A DNA stretch of 64,000 nt from a virus (taxonomy: Duplodnaviria; Caudoviricetes). The notes beneath the pieces were generated by a model. It had not been told where the DNA came from, did no database searches, and saw nothing but the letters and a program-made list of their open reading frames with translations. The position numbers were made by a program, and so were the translations under genes. The stretch's first letter is position 1; every line of letters starts with the position of its first letter. Of this stretch, positions 63,929 to 64,000 are shown piece by piece. The stretch is from the IMG/VR virus record IMGVR_UViG_3300027772_001865, positions 1 to 64,000 of that record; one strand, written 5' to 3'.

Positions 63929-63999
63929 TTATATTCCTTGATATCCTTGTGCGTGACCACAATGATGTAATGCACTTGGCCGTTGTATTTGATGGGCAA
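63925..63999 (-). CDS. 3' end of a gene truncated by the window edge (...LPIKYNGQVHYIIVVTHKDIKEYK)
   Basis: Own translation. GTGA overlap with the next gene. Confidence 0.45.
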   Translation of the reverse strand: MPIKYNGQVHYIIVVTHKDIKEYK

Positions 64000-64000
64000 G

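Noticed and set aside
1-64000. Alternative genetic code, tRNA genes, introns/inteins or transposases
   Set aside because: Long ORFs tile the window in the standard code. There is no intergenic space large enough for a tRNA, and I saw no homing-endonuclease, intein or transposase motifs.

Overview
This is a 64 kb piece of a large T4-like (contractile-tailed, probably jumbo) dsDNA bacteriophage genome. It is densely coding in the standard genetic code, and I saw no tRNA, rRNA, CRISPR array or transposase. It has three parts. (1) 1-30.65 kb, + strand: baseplate and tail module with tube-initiator-like, gp53/LysM-like, hub, gp5/VgrG-like spike, gp25, a gp6 wedge, a 4954-aa giant wedge/adhesin-like protein and tail fibres. 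It carries T4-type late promoter motifs (TATAAATA) and ends at a strong hairpin terminator. (2) 30.7-61.3 kb: a roughly 30 kb carbohydrate build-and-tailor island. It holds 3 GT-A-like and 4 GT10-like (TEK-motif) glycosyltransferase candidates, and 10 radical SAM genes with 11 rSAM domains, most carrying the twitch/SPASM Fe-S module at the N-terminus. It also encodes a NodU/TobZ-type carbamoyltransferase preceded by a 33-aa micro-ORF, an amidinotransferase, a DegT/StrS aminotransferase, an NDP-sugar epimerase/dehydratase, and a 1203-aa protein of ten ~66-aa Trp/Pro/Tyr repeats fused to a GT-like domain lacking the DxD motif. (3) 61.3-64 kb, - strand: thyX and small hypothetical genes. The best candidate for an undescribed system is the island: a phage-encoded pathway that may build glycans and diversify them by radical chemistry, amination, amidination and carbamoylation, with virion proteins, host surface or DNA as possible targets. 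All family assignments come from motif recognition by eye. No database search was run.
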